A DNA stretch of 57,549 nucleotides from Gemmatimonadales bacterium (GTDB taxonomy: Bacteria; Gemmatimonadota; Gemmatimonadetes; Gemmatimonadales; GWC2-71-9), in contig JBOHSY010000312.1 of assembly GCA_050733355.1 (NCBI GenBank), forward strand, positions 1-57,549, read 5' to 3'. Each line of letters opens with the position of its first letter. Within the stretch, counting starts at the first letter, position 1. This document shows positions 30,701-39,095 of the stretch, piece after piece. Below the pieces are notes generated by a model. That model saw only the letters and a list, made by a program, of their open reading frames with translations, did no database searches and had not been told where the DNA came from. The position numbers were made by a program, and so were the translations under genes.

Positions 30701-31246
30701 ATGCCAGACCCGGAGTTCATACTGCTGGGGGATGCCTGCTGGCTGGATTTCGTGAACACCGTGCGGGGCCGGAGCAGCGACCCGCCCGACCTCCTTCCCG
30801 ACCCCGCCGCCTACCACCGCTGGACCCGCGCCCAGAAGCTCGCCTCGGACGTCGAGGAGGTACCGTTCGCCGACATCCTGGCCTTCCGCCGCCACTTGTC
30901 CGGGCTGGCGGAGGCGTTGAGCGGCGGGCGCCAGGCGCCCGGGTCGGCGGTCGCGGCGGTGAACGCGGTGCTGGCCCGCCAGCCTGGGCACGAGCAGCTG
31001 GTGCGCACGTCGGGCCGCTGGTCGGTGCGCCTCGCGCCGGAGCGGCCGCTCCGAGCCCTCGAGGTGGTCGCGCGGTCCGCCGCCGCCACCCTCGCCGATG
31101 CCACGCGCACGGTGCGTTGCTGCGCAGCGGAGCCCTGCTCGCTCGTCTTCCTCGACAGCGCCACGACCCAGAGCCGATTGTGGTGCAGTGCGGCGATCTG
31201 CGGCGGCCGCGGCCGGATCGAGCGACGGCGCGGTCTGCTGCGATGA
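30701..31246 (+). CDS. ABATE + CGNR zinc-finger domain protein
   Basis: C-terminal Cys pattern RCCAAEPCSLVFLDSATTQSRLWCSAAICGGRGRIERRR (a CGNR-type finger with CGGR). Confidence 0.75.
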   Translation: MPDPEFILLGDACWLDFVNTVRGRSSDPPDLLPDPAAYHRWTRAQKLASDVEEVPFADILAFRRHLSGLAEALSGGRQAPGSAVAAVNAVLARQPGHEQLVRTSGRWSVRLAPERPLRALEVVARSAAATLADATRTVRCCAAEPCSLVFLDSATTQSRLWCSAAICGGRGRIERRRGLLR

Positions 31247-32988
31247 TCCCCACCGACCCGGTCGAGATCTTCCGCCGGTCGGAGGCCGCGCTCGGCGAGC
31301 GGTTCGCGCTGGAGCGCCTCGTCGCGGCGTCGGCCGAGCGGGTCCTCTTTCTCGCGTCCGATCGGGTACTCAAGCGGGCGGTCAGCCTCCGGGTCAACTT
31401 CTGGTCGAACGCGGCGACCCGCGCCTGGTTCCTCGCCGAGGCCGTCGCCCTCGGACGACTCGACCATCCCGCGATCCGCCACGTCTACGACGTCGGCGTG
31501 GTAGACGAGCTGGCGTACCGGGTGGGCAACTGGATCGAGGGCGAGGGCCTGCACGAGGCGGTGGGCAGGGGCCCGCGCCCGATCCCTACCGTCCACGCGC
31601 TCGCCCGCGACCTGCTCAGCGCGCTCGAGCACGCGCACGGCCACGGCGTGATCGTACGCCGCGTGGTGCCGGCGTCGCTGATTCTCAGCGCCGCCGGGCG
31701 GGGCACGATCACCGACCTGCGGTTCTCGAGCTGGACGCTGGGCGCGCTGCCGCCGGACGTGGTGCCGACGCAGCAGGGATTCATGGCGCCCGAGGTCCGG
31801 GACGGTGCCGGCGGCGACGCGGTGAGTGACGTGTACACAGCCGGTGCCATCCTCTACTACGCCATCACCGCGCAGGAACCGCCGCTGGAGCCCGGCGCGC
31901 TCAGGCCGCCCACCGAGTTCCGGCCGAACTGTCCCCGTGCGCTCGAGCGGGTGATCCTCCGCTCGCTCCGGCCGGCGCCGAACGACCGGTACCTGACCGC
32001 CGCGGAGATGCTCGAGGACTTCGCGTCGGAGGCCGGCACGTTCGAGACGGCGGCGGTGAGCGTGGGCGGCAACGTGGCGCTGCTCGACGCTGACGACAAG
32101 ATCCGCTGGGAGAAGCGGCTCCGGCGCGCGCTGGGCGACGACTACGAGCTGCTCGGAACGCTCGGGCAGGGCGGGTTCGGTCGGGTGTACCGGGTCCGCG
32201 ATCTGCACCTGGAGCGCGAGGTCGCGCTCAAGGTGCTGCACCCGGCGCTCACCCAGGATCCGGCGGTGGTCGAGCGATTCCGGCGGGAGGCGCAGCTCGC
32301 GGCGCGGCTCAACCACCCGAACATCGTCAACATCTACGACATCGCCGGGCGCTCGGGACTCATCTGGTACACGATGGAGCTGATCCAGGGTCCGAGCCTC
32401 GCGCAGCTGGTGGAGCGCAACGGGCCATTGCCCCTCGACCGCGTATTTCGGCTGCTACGCGAGGCCCTGTCCGCGCTGGCCCACGCCCATGGTTTTGGGC
32501 TGGTGCACCGAGACATCAAACCCGAGAACATGCTGCTCGAGCCGGGTGGAAGCCTGCGAATCACCGACTTCGGACTCGCGCTCGCGCTCAGGGGCGGCAA
32601 GTTCGGGGGCGCCACCAGCCGCAGCGGCACTCCCCAGTTTGCGAGTCCGGAGCAGCTGCTGGGGGAGCGGGTGGACCAGCGGTCCGACCTGTACAGCCTC
32701 GCCGCGGTCGCGTACTACGCGCTGCTGGGCGCGGTGCCGTTCCCGGGCGCCACGCCCGAGCAGGTCCTGGCCAAGCAGACCACCAATCAGTTCCCGGTGA
32801 CCGAGGGGCGCCGGGAGGACGTGAGCCCCGACCTGTGGGCCGTCCTCCAGCGCGTCCTGCACGCGGAGGTGGAGGCCCGGTACCCCTCGGCGGCCGAGTT
32901 CCTCCAGGCCCTCAACCGGGCGGCCGGCACCGGCCAGCGCCCGGGCGGCGAGCTGGCCCGGGCGGCCGCCCGCTGGCTCGGAATCTGA
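31243..32988 (+). CDS. Tandem pseudokinase-kinase Ser/Thr protein kinase
   Basis: The ATG overlaps the CGNR TGA (ATGA at 31243-31246). The N-domain lacks GxGxxG, has VSLRV for VAxK, VRRVVPASL for HRDxKxxN and DLR for DFG, but keeps APE. The C-domain is canonical (GQGGFGRVY, VALKVL, HRDIKPENML, DFG, SPEQ). Confidence 0.8.
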   Translation: MIPTDPVEIFRRSEAALGERFALERLVAASAERVLFLASDRVLKRAVSLRVNFWSNAATRAWFLAEAVALGRLDHPAIRHVYDVGVVDELAYRVGNWIEGEGLHEAVGRGPRPIPTVHALARDLLSALEHAHGHGVIVRRVVPASLILSAAGRGTITDLRFSSWTLGALPPDVVPTQQGFMAPEVRDGAGGDAVSDVYTAGAILYYAITAQEPPLEPGALRPPTEFRPNCPRALERVILRSLRPAPNDRYLTAAEMLEDFASEAGTFETAAVSVGGNVALLDADDKIRWEKRLRRALGDDYELLGTLGQGGFGRVYRVRDLHLEREVALKVLHPALTQDPAVVERFRREAQLAARLNHPNIVNIYDIAGRSGLIWYTMELIQGPSLAQLVERNGPLPLDRVFRLLREALSALAHAHGFGLVHRDIKPENMLLEPGGSLRITDFGLALALRGGKFGGATSRSGTPQFASPEQLLGERVDQRSDLYSLAAVAYYALLGAVPFPGATPEQVLAKQTTNQFPVTEGRREDVSPDLWAVLQRVLHAEVEARYPSAAEFLQALNRAAGTGQRPGGELARAAARWLGI

Positions 32989-33009
32989 CGGTGTCCAGTC
33001 TGAGCCCCC

Positions 33010-33037
33010 TTGACGAAACCGACGCGCTGTGCATATT
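33010..33037 (+). promoter_or_regulatory. Possible cspA promoter (TTGACG-N16-CATATT)
   Basis: TTGACG at 33010-33015 and CATATT at 33032-33037. This would give a 5' UTR of about 178 nt, which is typical for cold-shock mRNAs. Confidence 0.4.
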
Positions 33038-33221
33038 CATGGCCGATTCGATCTCGGCTGTACAGCTTCCAGATTATCTGTAGTGTCTATGGAAGACTTG
33101 GGCGCGAGTTCGTCCAAGTCTTTGTCGCATTTTGTGACTCGGGACAGGCCCGTGCTCACAAGATCTCGGTGCCCGGTTTCATCCGGTCACCGATGCAGTC
33201 AAACCAACAGGAGTAGCACCA

Positions 33222-33434
33222 ATGGCTCGCACCACTGGCACGGTGAAGTGGTTCAACGACGCGAAGGGGTTCGGCTTCATCACCCCGGAGAACGGCGACA
33301 AGGACTGCTTCGTCCACCACACCGCCATCAAGATGGACGGCTTTCGCAGCCTCACCGAGGGCGAGAGAGTCGAGTTCGACATCGTGCAGGGTGCGAAGGG
33401 CCCCGCTGCCGAGAACGTGACGAAGGCGAAGTAA
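33222..33434 (+). CDS. cspA: Cold-shock protein (CspA family)
   Basis: [15 protein letters not shown] (RNP1) and DCFVHH (RNP2), 70 aa. SD CAGGAG. Confidence 0.95.
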   Translation: MARTTGTVKWFNDAKGFGFITPENGDKDCFVHHTAIKMDGFRSLTEGERVEFDIVQGAKGPAAENVTKAK

Positions 33435-33435
33435 A

Positions 33436-33604
33436 CGGTATCGGCTATCCGCTATCGGCTATCGGCTATCCGCCTGTTCCGATGCATGCGAGCCTCCGAG
33501 GTCCCTAGGGCACCGGAGGCTCTCGCACGTTCGGAGCAAGCGGATAGCGGATGGCCGAAAGCGGATAGCGGATAGCGGATAGCGGATAGCCGATAGCGGA
33601 TAGC
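33436..33604. repeat. Composite palindromic element E5: (GCTATCS)x5, 66-nt core with GAGCCTCCG/CGGAGGCTC hairpin, (GCGGATA)x9
   Basis: Left heptamers 33437-33471. Core stem 33490-33498 / 33514-33522. Right heptamers 33540-33602. It fills the gap between the cspA stop (ends 33434) and the infA stop (starts 33605). Confidence 0.9.
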
Positions 33605-33823
33605 CTACTTGTGCCTGTAGATCACCCGTCCCCGGGTAAGATCGTAGGGCGAGAGCACGACGGTTACGCGGTCGCCTTCCAGCACCCGGATCTTGAACTT
33701 GCTCATCTTGCCGGCGGCGTACGCGAGGATCTCGTGACCATTCTCCAGCATGACCCGGTAGTTGCGGTCCGGGAGCACCTCGGTCACCACTCCCTCCATC
33801 TCGATGCCTTCTTCCTTGGCCAT
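33605..33823 (-). CDS. infA: Translation initiation factor IF-1
   Basis: [72 protein letters not shown], 72 aa, S1-like fold. SD GGAGAG. Confidence 0.95.
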   Translation of the reverse strand: MAKEEGIEMEGVVTEVLPDRNYRVMLENGHEILAYAAGKMSKFKIRVLEGDRVTVVLSPYDLTRGRVIYRHK

Positions 33824-33897
33824 CCACTCTCTCCCCGGGGAAACCCACGCGCCGGGCCGTCGTCGCCCCGGCTGGGACGGTGGGGAATCTTGCCCGG

Positions 33898-35613
33898 TCA
33901 GGCCCGCTCGGGAAGCCCTGCCCGAAGCGACGCGAGCTGCTCCTCGACCAGCGCCACGAGCGCGCTCATGGTCGGCGCGTCGAAGGTGAGGGCGGCCCCC
34001 GCCGTCGTGTAGACGTCGGGCAGCGACCTGGTGGCACCCAGCGCCAGCGCCTGGCGATAGCGCCGCACCGCGCCGGCGGGGTCCCGCAGACTGTTGCGCC
34101 AAACCTGGAGCGCCCCGAGCTGCGCAAGACCGTACTCGATGTAGTAGAACGGGTACAGGAAGATGTGGAGCTGGCGGTACCAGCGCGCCACGCGTTCGCG
34201 GTCGAGCCCTCCCCAGTCGACCCCCCGGTCGAAGCGCGCCCGGATCCGGAGCCACGCGGCGTCGCGGGCCGCGGCAGCGCCGCCCTCGCCGCTGGCGTAG
34301 ATCCAGTGCTGGAAAGCATCCACGGAGGCGATGTGCGGGAGGGCGACCAGCACATCCTCGAGGTGCTCGATCTCGGCGGCGCGGCCGTCCTCCTCGGCGT
34401 AGAACCCGCGCGGCCCGGTGAGGTGCGGCGCCGCCAGCAGCTCCATCGACATCGATGCCAGCTCGGCCGCCTCGGACCCGGGATGGCGCTGCCAGATGAG
34501 CGGCTGCGCGTGCGACGCGAAGGCGTGAAACGCGTGCCCGGCCTCGTGCAGCAGGGTGTTGACGTCGTCCACCAGCCCGACCGCATTCATGAAGATGAAC
34601 GGCCGGCCCCGGTAGTGGAGCGTCTCACAATAGCCGCCCGGGGCCTTCCCCTTGCGGCTATCGAGATCGAGCAGCCGTTCGTCGATCATCCGCTGGAACT
34701 CGCGGCCGAGCTCCGGCGCGACCCGCTCGAACACCTCCCGTCCACGGGAGACCAGCTCGCCCTCGGTCGTGAACGGGCGGAGCGGCTCGCCCCGCTCGGG
34801 GTCGACCTGGAGGTCCCAGGGGCGCAGAATGTCCAGCGAGAGCCGGCGCTGCCGCTCCGCGTAGAGCCGTTCCACCGCGGGCACGACCGCCCGCTCCACC
34901 GCGTCGTGGAACCGCTCGCAGTCGGCCGGGGTGTAGTCGAACCGGAACTTGGACGGGAAACTGTAGTCCCGGTAGTTCGCGAATCCCGCGTTCGCGGCCG
35001 CCTGCTGCCGCAGCGCGAACATCGTGTCGAACAGCGACGCGAGCGCATCGCGCTGCGTCATGTACGGCTCGGTGGCCGCGCGCCAGGCGCGCTCGCGAAC
35101 CTCGCGATCCGGGCTTTTGAGGAACGGCTGGAGCTGCGGGAGCGGCCGCTCGACGCCCTCCCACATCGCCGTCATCGACCCGGTGATGCGCTGGTATGTG
35201 GCGCAGCGCTCCTCGACGTCCGCGAAAATCGGGACGTTGGCTTCCCGGAAGATCTCGCTCGCCGTGCGGAACCGGCGGATCGTGGTTTCCAGATCGGGGC
35301 GGCTGAATCCCGAGTCGAGCAGGCGACGCGCGAGCCCAACGCTCCGCTCCTCCGCCCGCGGCAGGATCTCGGTGGAGAACCGGAGATGGTCGGCCGCCTT
35401 GTCCACGTCGCCGGTGTCGCTGGTGTACGCGATCATCGCCAGCGCGGCGGCCTCGGTAATGAGCTCCTCGAGCGTGGACCACGCCTGGAGCCAGGCGTCC
35501 ATCCCCTCGGGCGTCAGCGGACGTTCCGCGAGCTCGTCGTAATAGGAAACGATGTCGTCCCAGGTCGCCTTTGCGAAGGCGGCCGGGGTCGCGGGCAATG
35601 CCAGAACCGTCAC
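33898..35613 (-). CDS. pepF: M3B oligoendopeptidase F family protein
   Basis: HEAGHAFH zinc motif. GTG start 35613 is preceded by GGAGG and overlaps the upstream TGA. The ORF extension to 36063 is Arg-rich artefact. Confidence 0.85.
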   Translation of the reverse strand: MTVLALPATPAAFAKATWDDIVSYYDELAERPLTPEGMDAWLQAWSTLEELITEAAALAMIAYTSDTGDVDKAADHLRFSTEILPRAEERSVGLARRLLDSGFSRPDLETTIRRFRTASEIFREANVPIFADVEERCATYQRITGSMTAMWEGVERPLPQLQPFLKSPDREVRERAWRAATEPYMTQRDALASLFDTMFALRQQAAANAGFANYRDYSFPSKFRFDYTPADCERFHDAVERAVVPAVERLYAERQRRLSLDILRPWDLQVDPERGEPLRPFTTEGELVSRGREVFERVAPELGREFQRMIDERLLDLDSRKGKAPGGYCETLHYRGRPFIFMNAVGLVDDVNTLLHEAGHAFHAFASHAQPLIWQRHPGSEAAELASMSMELLAAPHLTGPRGFYAEEDGRAAEIEHLEDVLVALPHIASVDAFQHWIYASGEGGAAAARDAAWLRIRARFDRGVDWGGLDRERVARWYRQLHIFLYPFYYIEYGLAQLGALQVWRNSLRDPAGAVRRYRQALALGATRSLPDVYTTAGAALTFDAPTMSALVALVEEQLASLRAGLPERA

Positions 35614-35960
35614 TGCGAGCCTCCAGACAGGCCGTGAACCGGAGGAAACTCGCCGAAGTGCTCCACCAGCGCAAACGCGGCGCGCACCGCTCGCGGTCCG
35701 GGGGCTCGCTCGCATTGCCGGGCCGCCGTGAGCAGCGCCGGCCGGATCCTTGCCGCACGCGCCGCGCACGTCGCGCCGCAGCGCTCGACGTGCTCGAGGT
35801 GCAGTTCGACGATAGCCCGCGTGCCGAGCCGGGATGGAACGTCGACAGCGGCGAATGCGGCCCGCGGCTTCAGCACCCAGGTGAGCCCCGGCAGGAGACC
35901 CGCCGCGCCCACCAGGAGCCCGATGGCGCGGCGGCGCGAGCAGGCCAGCCGCGGGCTCAC
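35610..35960 (-). CDS. Small hypothetical exported/membrane-anchored protein (116 aa, 4 Cys)
   Basis: GTG 35960 overlaps the DUF2339 TGA, and its own TGA overlaps the pepF GTG (two GTGA junctions). N-terminus VSPRLACSRRRAIGLLVGAAGLLPGLTWVL looks like a signal/TM segment. GC3 is high in this frame. Confidence 0.45.
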   Translation of the reverse strand: MSPRLACSRRRAIGLLVGAAGLLPGLTWVLKPRAAFAAVDVPSRLGTRAIVELHLEHVERCGATCAARAARIRPALLTAARQCERAPGPRAVRAAFALVEHFGEFPPVHGLSGGSQ

Positions 35961-37837
35961 GTGGGGTCCGGGCTCGAGCCCTGCGCGTGCCGGTGGTAGA
36001 GATAGGCGAGCAGCAGCGACACGAGGCCGAGGATGAACACCGAGGCGACCCGGTACAGCGCATCGAGCGAAGCCAGATCGAAGACCAGCACCTTGAGCAC
36101 GGCGAGCCCGGCCACGCACAATCCAGCGAGCCGGGCGGGCCGGATGCCGCGGCGGAGCCCGAGCGTCACGAGCCCCGCGGCGAATACGAGCCACCAGGCG
36201 CTCACCGACAGCCCGCTCGCGAGCGAGGCGGTGGCTCGCGTAGGCGCCTCCAGGCGGAAATACCGCCGGATCTCTTCGGTGACGCCGAACAGCGCCAGGG
36301 CACCCGCGACGAGCCAGAGGCCGCGGCAGACCAGTCGCGCGGCGTCGTTGAGCGGCACTCGCTTCCAGAGCCCGGCGGCAAGGGCGGTGGTGACGCCGAG
36401 GGCGAGCCACTGGACCCCGGCCCAGGCGCCGGTGAACGCCCGCTCGTGATAGTCGCGCCGCGAGGCGTCCGCGTCGTACAGATGCGCGAGCGCGAGCGCC
36501 AACGTGCCCACCGCGTACCAGCGTCCGTCGCTCCGTCCGAGCCGATGGTCGAGCGCCGCCCAGAGCGCCGTGAGGCCGAGCAGCACGAGCGTCGCCTCGA
36601 GCCCGGTCCAGCGCTCCAGCGCGGCCACGGCGAGCGCGGCCGCGCCCACGAAGGCGAACGCCGGGCGCGGACTCGTGTAGCCGACCACGAGATAGGGAAC
36701 CGCCACCACCAGCGCGGCGAGCCCATCGTGCTCGGCGAAGATGGTGGGCGCCAGGGTCCGGACGGCCCAGCCGAGCAGCACCGGGGTGGCAAAGAAGTAG
36801 AGCGCCTCGCCCGGCGACCAGCGGTCTCGCCGCAGGAGGCCGTGACGCCAGACCGGCGCCGCGAGCAGGAGGCCGGCAACGAAAATGGGCCAGCGCGGGT
36901 GCAGCCGCTCGGCGACGGTGGCGAGCAGCGCCCAGCCGCCCCAGAACGCGAGGAAGCGCGTCTCCCACCACCGCTCGCGCAGCCCGACCCATACGCCTCC
37001 GGCCCCGCCGAGCACCGCGTACGCGAGCGCGCCCGCGGGCCGCCGCGACTGGGCGGCGGCGGCCCAGCCGAGGCTGAAGAAGCTCACCGCGATTGCCGCC
37101 ATGGTGTAGCGCCACCGGCGGCGGGCGGCGACCCAGCCAAGCGCGGCGGCCATCGAGCCCTGGTACAGGAGCAGGAGATCGGCGTCGGCGCGCTCCCGTC
37201 CCAACAGCACCGGTGCGACGAACGCGCCGAGCACTGCCGTGAGTCCGAGCGCCTCGACGTCGATGGCGTAGGCGATGGCCGCGAGGGACAGCGCGACGAG
37301 CGCGAGCCCGGCGATGCCGGTGGTCGGGGGCAGGAAACCGTAGAGCCGCGCGGCCGCCCAGACCGACAGGTAGATGATCGCCGCACCGCAGCCGATGAGC
37401 GCGGCGCCGTAGATGCGATAGCGGCCGTGCAGCCGCCAGCCCAGCGCGCCGACGCCGACGCCGGCCAGCACGCCGCCGGCACACCGCATCGCGGGTGAGA
37501 TCCAGCCCCGGTCGAACGACAGCTTGAGCAGATAGCCGGCCGCGAGAATCAGCGCGAAGACGCCGACGGCGAGGAGGCCGCGCTGACCGATCCACTGCTC
37601 GAAGGGGCGAGAGGCCGGGAGCGGGCGGGAGCGGACGGGAGAGGGAGGGATCGGGGGAACCGGCGGCGGCGCCAGAACCGGTGGAGCCGACATCGGCGTA
37701 GTCGCGTCTTCCGGCTCCCGCCCGCTCCCGCCCGCTCCCGCCCTTTCCCGACTGCCGGCGGTCGCGAGGTCCCGCACCAGCGACTCCAGCACCGCCATGC
37801 GCTGCTCCAGCCGGTCCAGCCGTTCGTCCACCGACAT
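35957..37837 (-). CDS. DUF2339-family polytopic membrane protein
   Basis: N-terminal coiled-coil MSVDERLDRLEQRMAVLESLVRDL, a Pro-rich linker, then about 16 TM segments. SD GGAGG 5 nt upstream of ATG 37837. Confidence 0.75.
   Translation of the reverse strand: MSVDERLDRLEQRMAVLESLVRDLATAGSRERAGAGGSGREPEDATTPMSAPPVLAPPPVPPIPPSPVRSRPLPASRPFEQWIGQRGLLAVGVFALILAAGYLLKLSFDRGWISPAMRCAGGVLAGVGVGALGWRLHGRYRIYGAALIGCGAAIIYLSVWAAARLYGFLPPTTGIAGLALVALSLAAIAYAIDVEALGLTAVLGAFVAPVLLGRERADADLLLLYQGSMAAALGWVAARRRWRYTMAAIAVSFFSLGWAAAAQSRRPAGALAYAVLGGAGGVWVGLRERWWETRFLAFWGGWALLATVAERLHPRWPIFVAGLLLAAPVWRHGLLRRDRWSPGEALYFFATPVLLGWAVRTLAPTIFAEHDGLAALVVAVPYLVVGYTSPRPAFAFVGAAALAVAALERWTGLEATLVLLGLTALWAALDHRLGRSDGRWYAVGTLALALAHLYDADASRRDYHERAFTGAWAGVQWLALGVTTALAAGLWKRVPLNDAARLVCRGLWLVAGALALFGVTEEIRRYFRLEAPTRATASLASGLSVSAWWLVFAAGLVTLGLRRGIRPARLAGLCVAGLAVLKVLVFDLASLDALYRVASVFILGLVSLLLAYLYHRHAQGSSPDPT
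37604..37750. repeat. Composite palindromic element E8 (GCGGGCGGGA decamers) lying in frame inside the DUF2339 CDS
   Basis: Left decamers are GAGGCCGGGA GCGGGCGGGA GCGGACGGGA GAGGGAGGGA (37611-37650). Right decamers are CCGGCTCCCG CCCGCTCCCG CCCGCTCCCG CCCTTTCCCG (37711-37750). At least 23 of 25 nt are complementary in the best register. It has the same unit and orientation as E4. Confidence 0.8.
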
Positions 37838-37853
37838 GGCGACCTCCGAGGGG

Positions 37854-39095
37854 TCAGGACGGCGATTCAGGAGCCGAGGCGGGTGCCGCCTGCACGCTAT
37901 GCGATGGCGCCTCGACCCGGAAGGCCAGGAGGCTCACCAGTCCCACGAAGCCGGCCGCCACGTAGAACGGGGCCGCGTGGCCAAGGTGCTGAAACGCAGC
38001 CGTCGCGATGATGGGAGCGATCACCCGGGACACGCCGCCGAAGAATTGGGTGACGCCCATGACCGTGCCGTACTCCGAGCGCGACGCATTCCGCGACACG
38101 AGCGCCGTCGTGGAGGGGAACAGAAGCGCGGTGCCGATCGGCATCAGCGGCATCACGAGCGCCAGAGTCCAGATCGAGCCCGGCTCCGGGAAGAGCACAA
38201 GCCCGGCGATCATCGCGAAGGTGCCCGCGCGCATCGCCCAGCGCTCGCCGATCCGGTCGACGATCGGCCCCAGCAGCAGCGAGCGCATCACCACCGAAAG
38301 CCCGCCGTGGTACAGGAACACGTAGCCGATGGTCCGCTCGGTGATGCCGAACTCCGCGCCGAGGTAGAGCGCCATGACGCCGGCGAGCGCGCTGAACGCG
38401 AGCATGCCCACGCCGTAGATCCAGATGAGCCGCGAGACCGGACGCGCGGGATGGCGGATGACCTGCCAGGCGGTGTGCCAGATGGGCGGCCGGGCCGCCG
38501 CGTGCGCGCCCGACCCGTCCTTCACCCGCGATTCCGGGAGCCAGCGCCACGCGAAGGCCGCGTTGATGAGGCAGAGTGCGGCGGCCACGAACCCGGGCGC
38601 CTCCGGCCCGAAGTGCGACGCGCCGGAGCCGATCGCCGGCCCGAGCATGACCCCCGCGGACGTGGCGGCCGACAGCCAGCCGAGCGCGCGGGCACGCTGC
38701 GCCGGCGCGATCGTGTCGGCGACGTAGGCCTGGGCCACACCCGTCGTGCCGCCGCCCGCGCCCTGAATCAGCCGGGACGCGAACAGGAGCCAGAGGGCGT
38801 CGGCCAGCCCGAACACCACGTAGGCCGCCGCCGACGCGACGAGCCCGATCAGGAGCGCCGGGCGGCGGCCGTAGCGGTCCGAGACCCGTCCCCAGACCGG
38901 CGCGGCGAGGATCTGCGCCGCCGAGAACGCCGCGATGATGATCCCGACGTCCACCGCGCTCGCGTCGAGGCGAAGCGCGTAGAACGGGATGAGCGGGAAC
39001 ACGATGGCGAAGCCGATCATGTCGACGAAGCACGTCGCGATCAGCACCGAAAGCCGCCGGAGCTCGCCGTTCCGCGTCGAGGGTGCGCCGGTCAT
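37854..39095 (-). CDS. MFS transporter
   Basis: Motif A GRVSDRYGRRP and 12 predicted TM segments. The ATG overlaps the permease stop (ATGA at 39092-39095). Confidence 0.85.
   Translation of the reverse strand: MTGAPSTRNGELRRLSVLIATCFVDMIGFAIVFPLIPFYALRLDASAVDVGIIIAAFSAAQILAAPVWGRVSDRYGRRPALLIGLVASAAAYVVFGLADALWLLFASRLIQGAGGGTTGVAQAYVADTIAPAQRARALGWLSAATSAGVMLGPAIGSGASHFGPEAPGFVAAALCLINAAFAWRWLPESRVKDGSGAHAAARPPIWHTAWQVIRHPARPVSRLIWIYGVGMLAFSALAGVMALYLGAEFGITERTIGYVFLYHGGLSVVMRSLLLGPIVDRIGERWAMRAGTFAMIAGLVLFPEPGSIWTLALVMPLMPIGTALLFPSTTALVSRNASRSEYGTVMGVTQFFGGVSRVIAPIIATAAFQHLGHAAPFYVAAGFVGLVSLLAFRVEAPSHSVQAAPASAPESPS

Noticed and set aside
33436-33604. Possible CRISPR array, considered because of regularly spaced short repeats (also at 50565-50706 and the other elements).
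   Set aside because: The units are only 7-10 nt, directly abutting with no spacers, and occur as two mutually complementary arrays. No cas genes are in the window.
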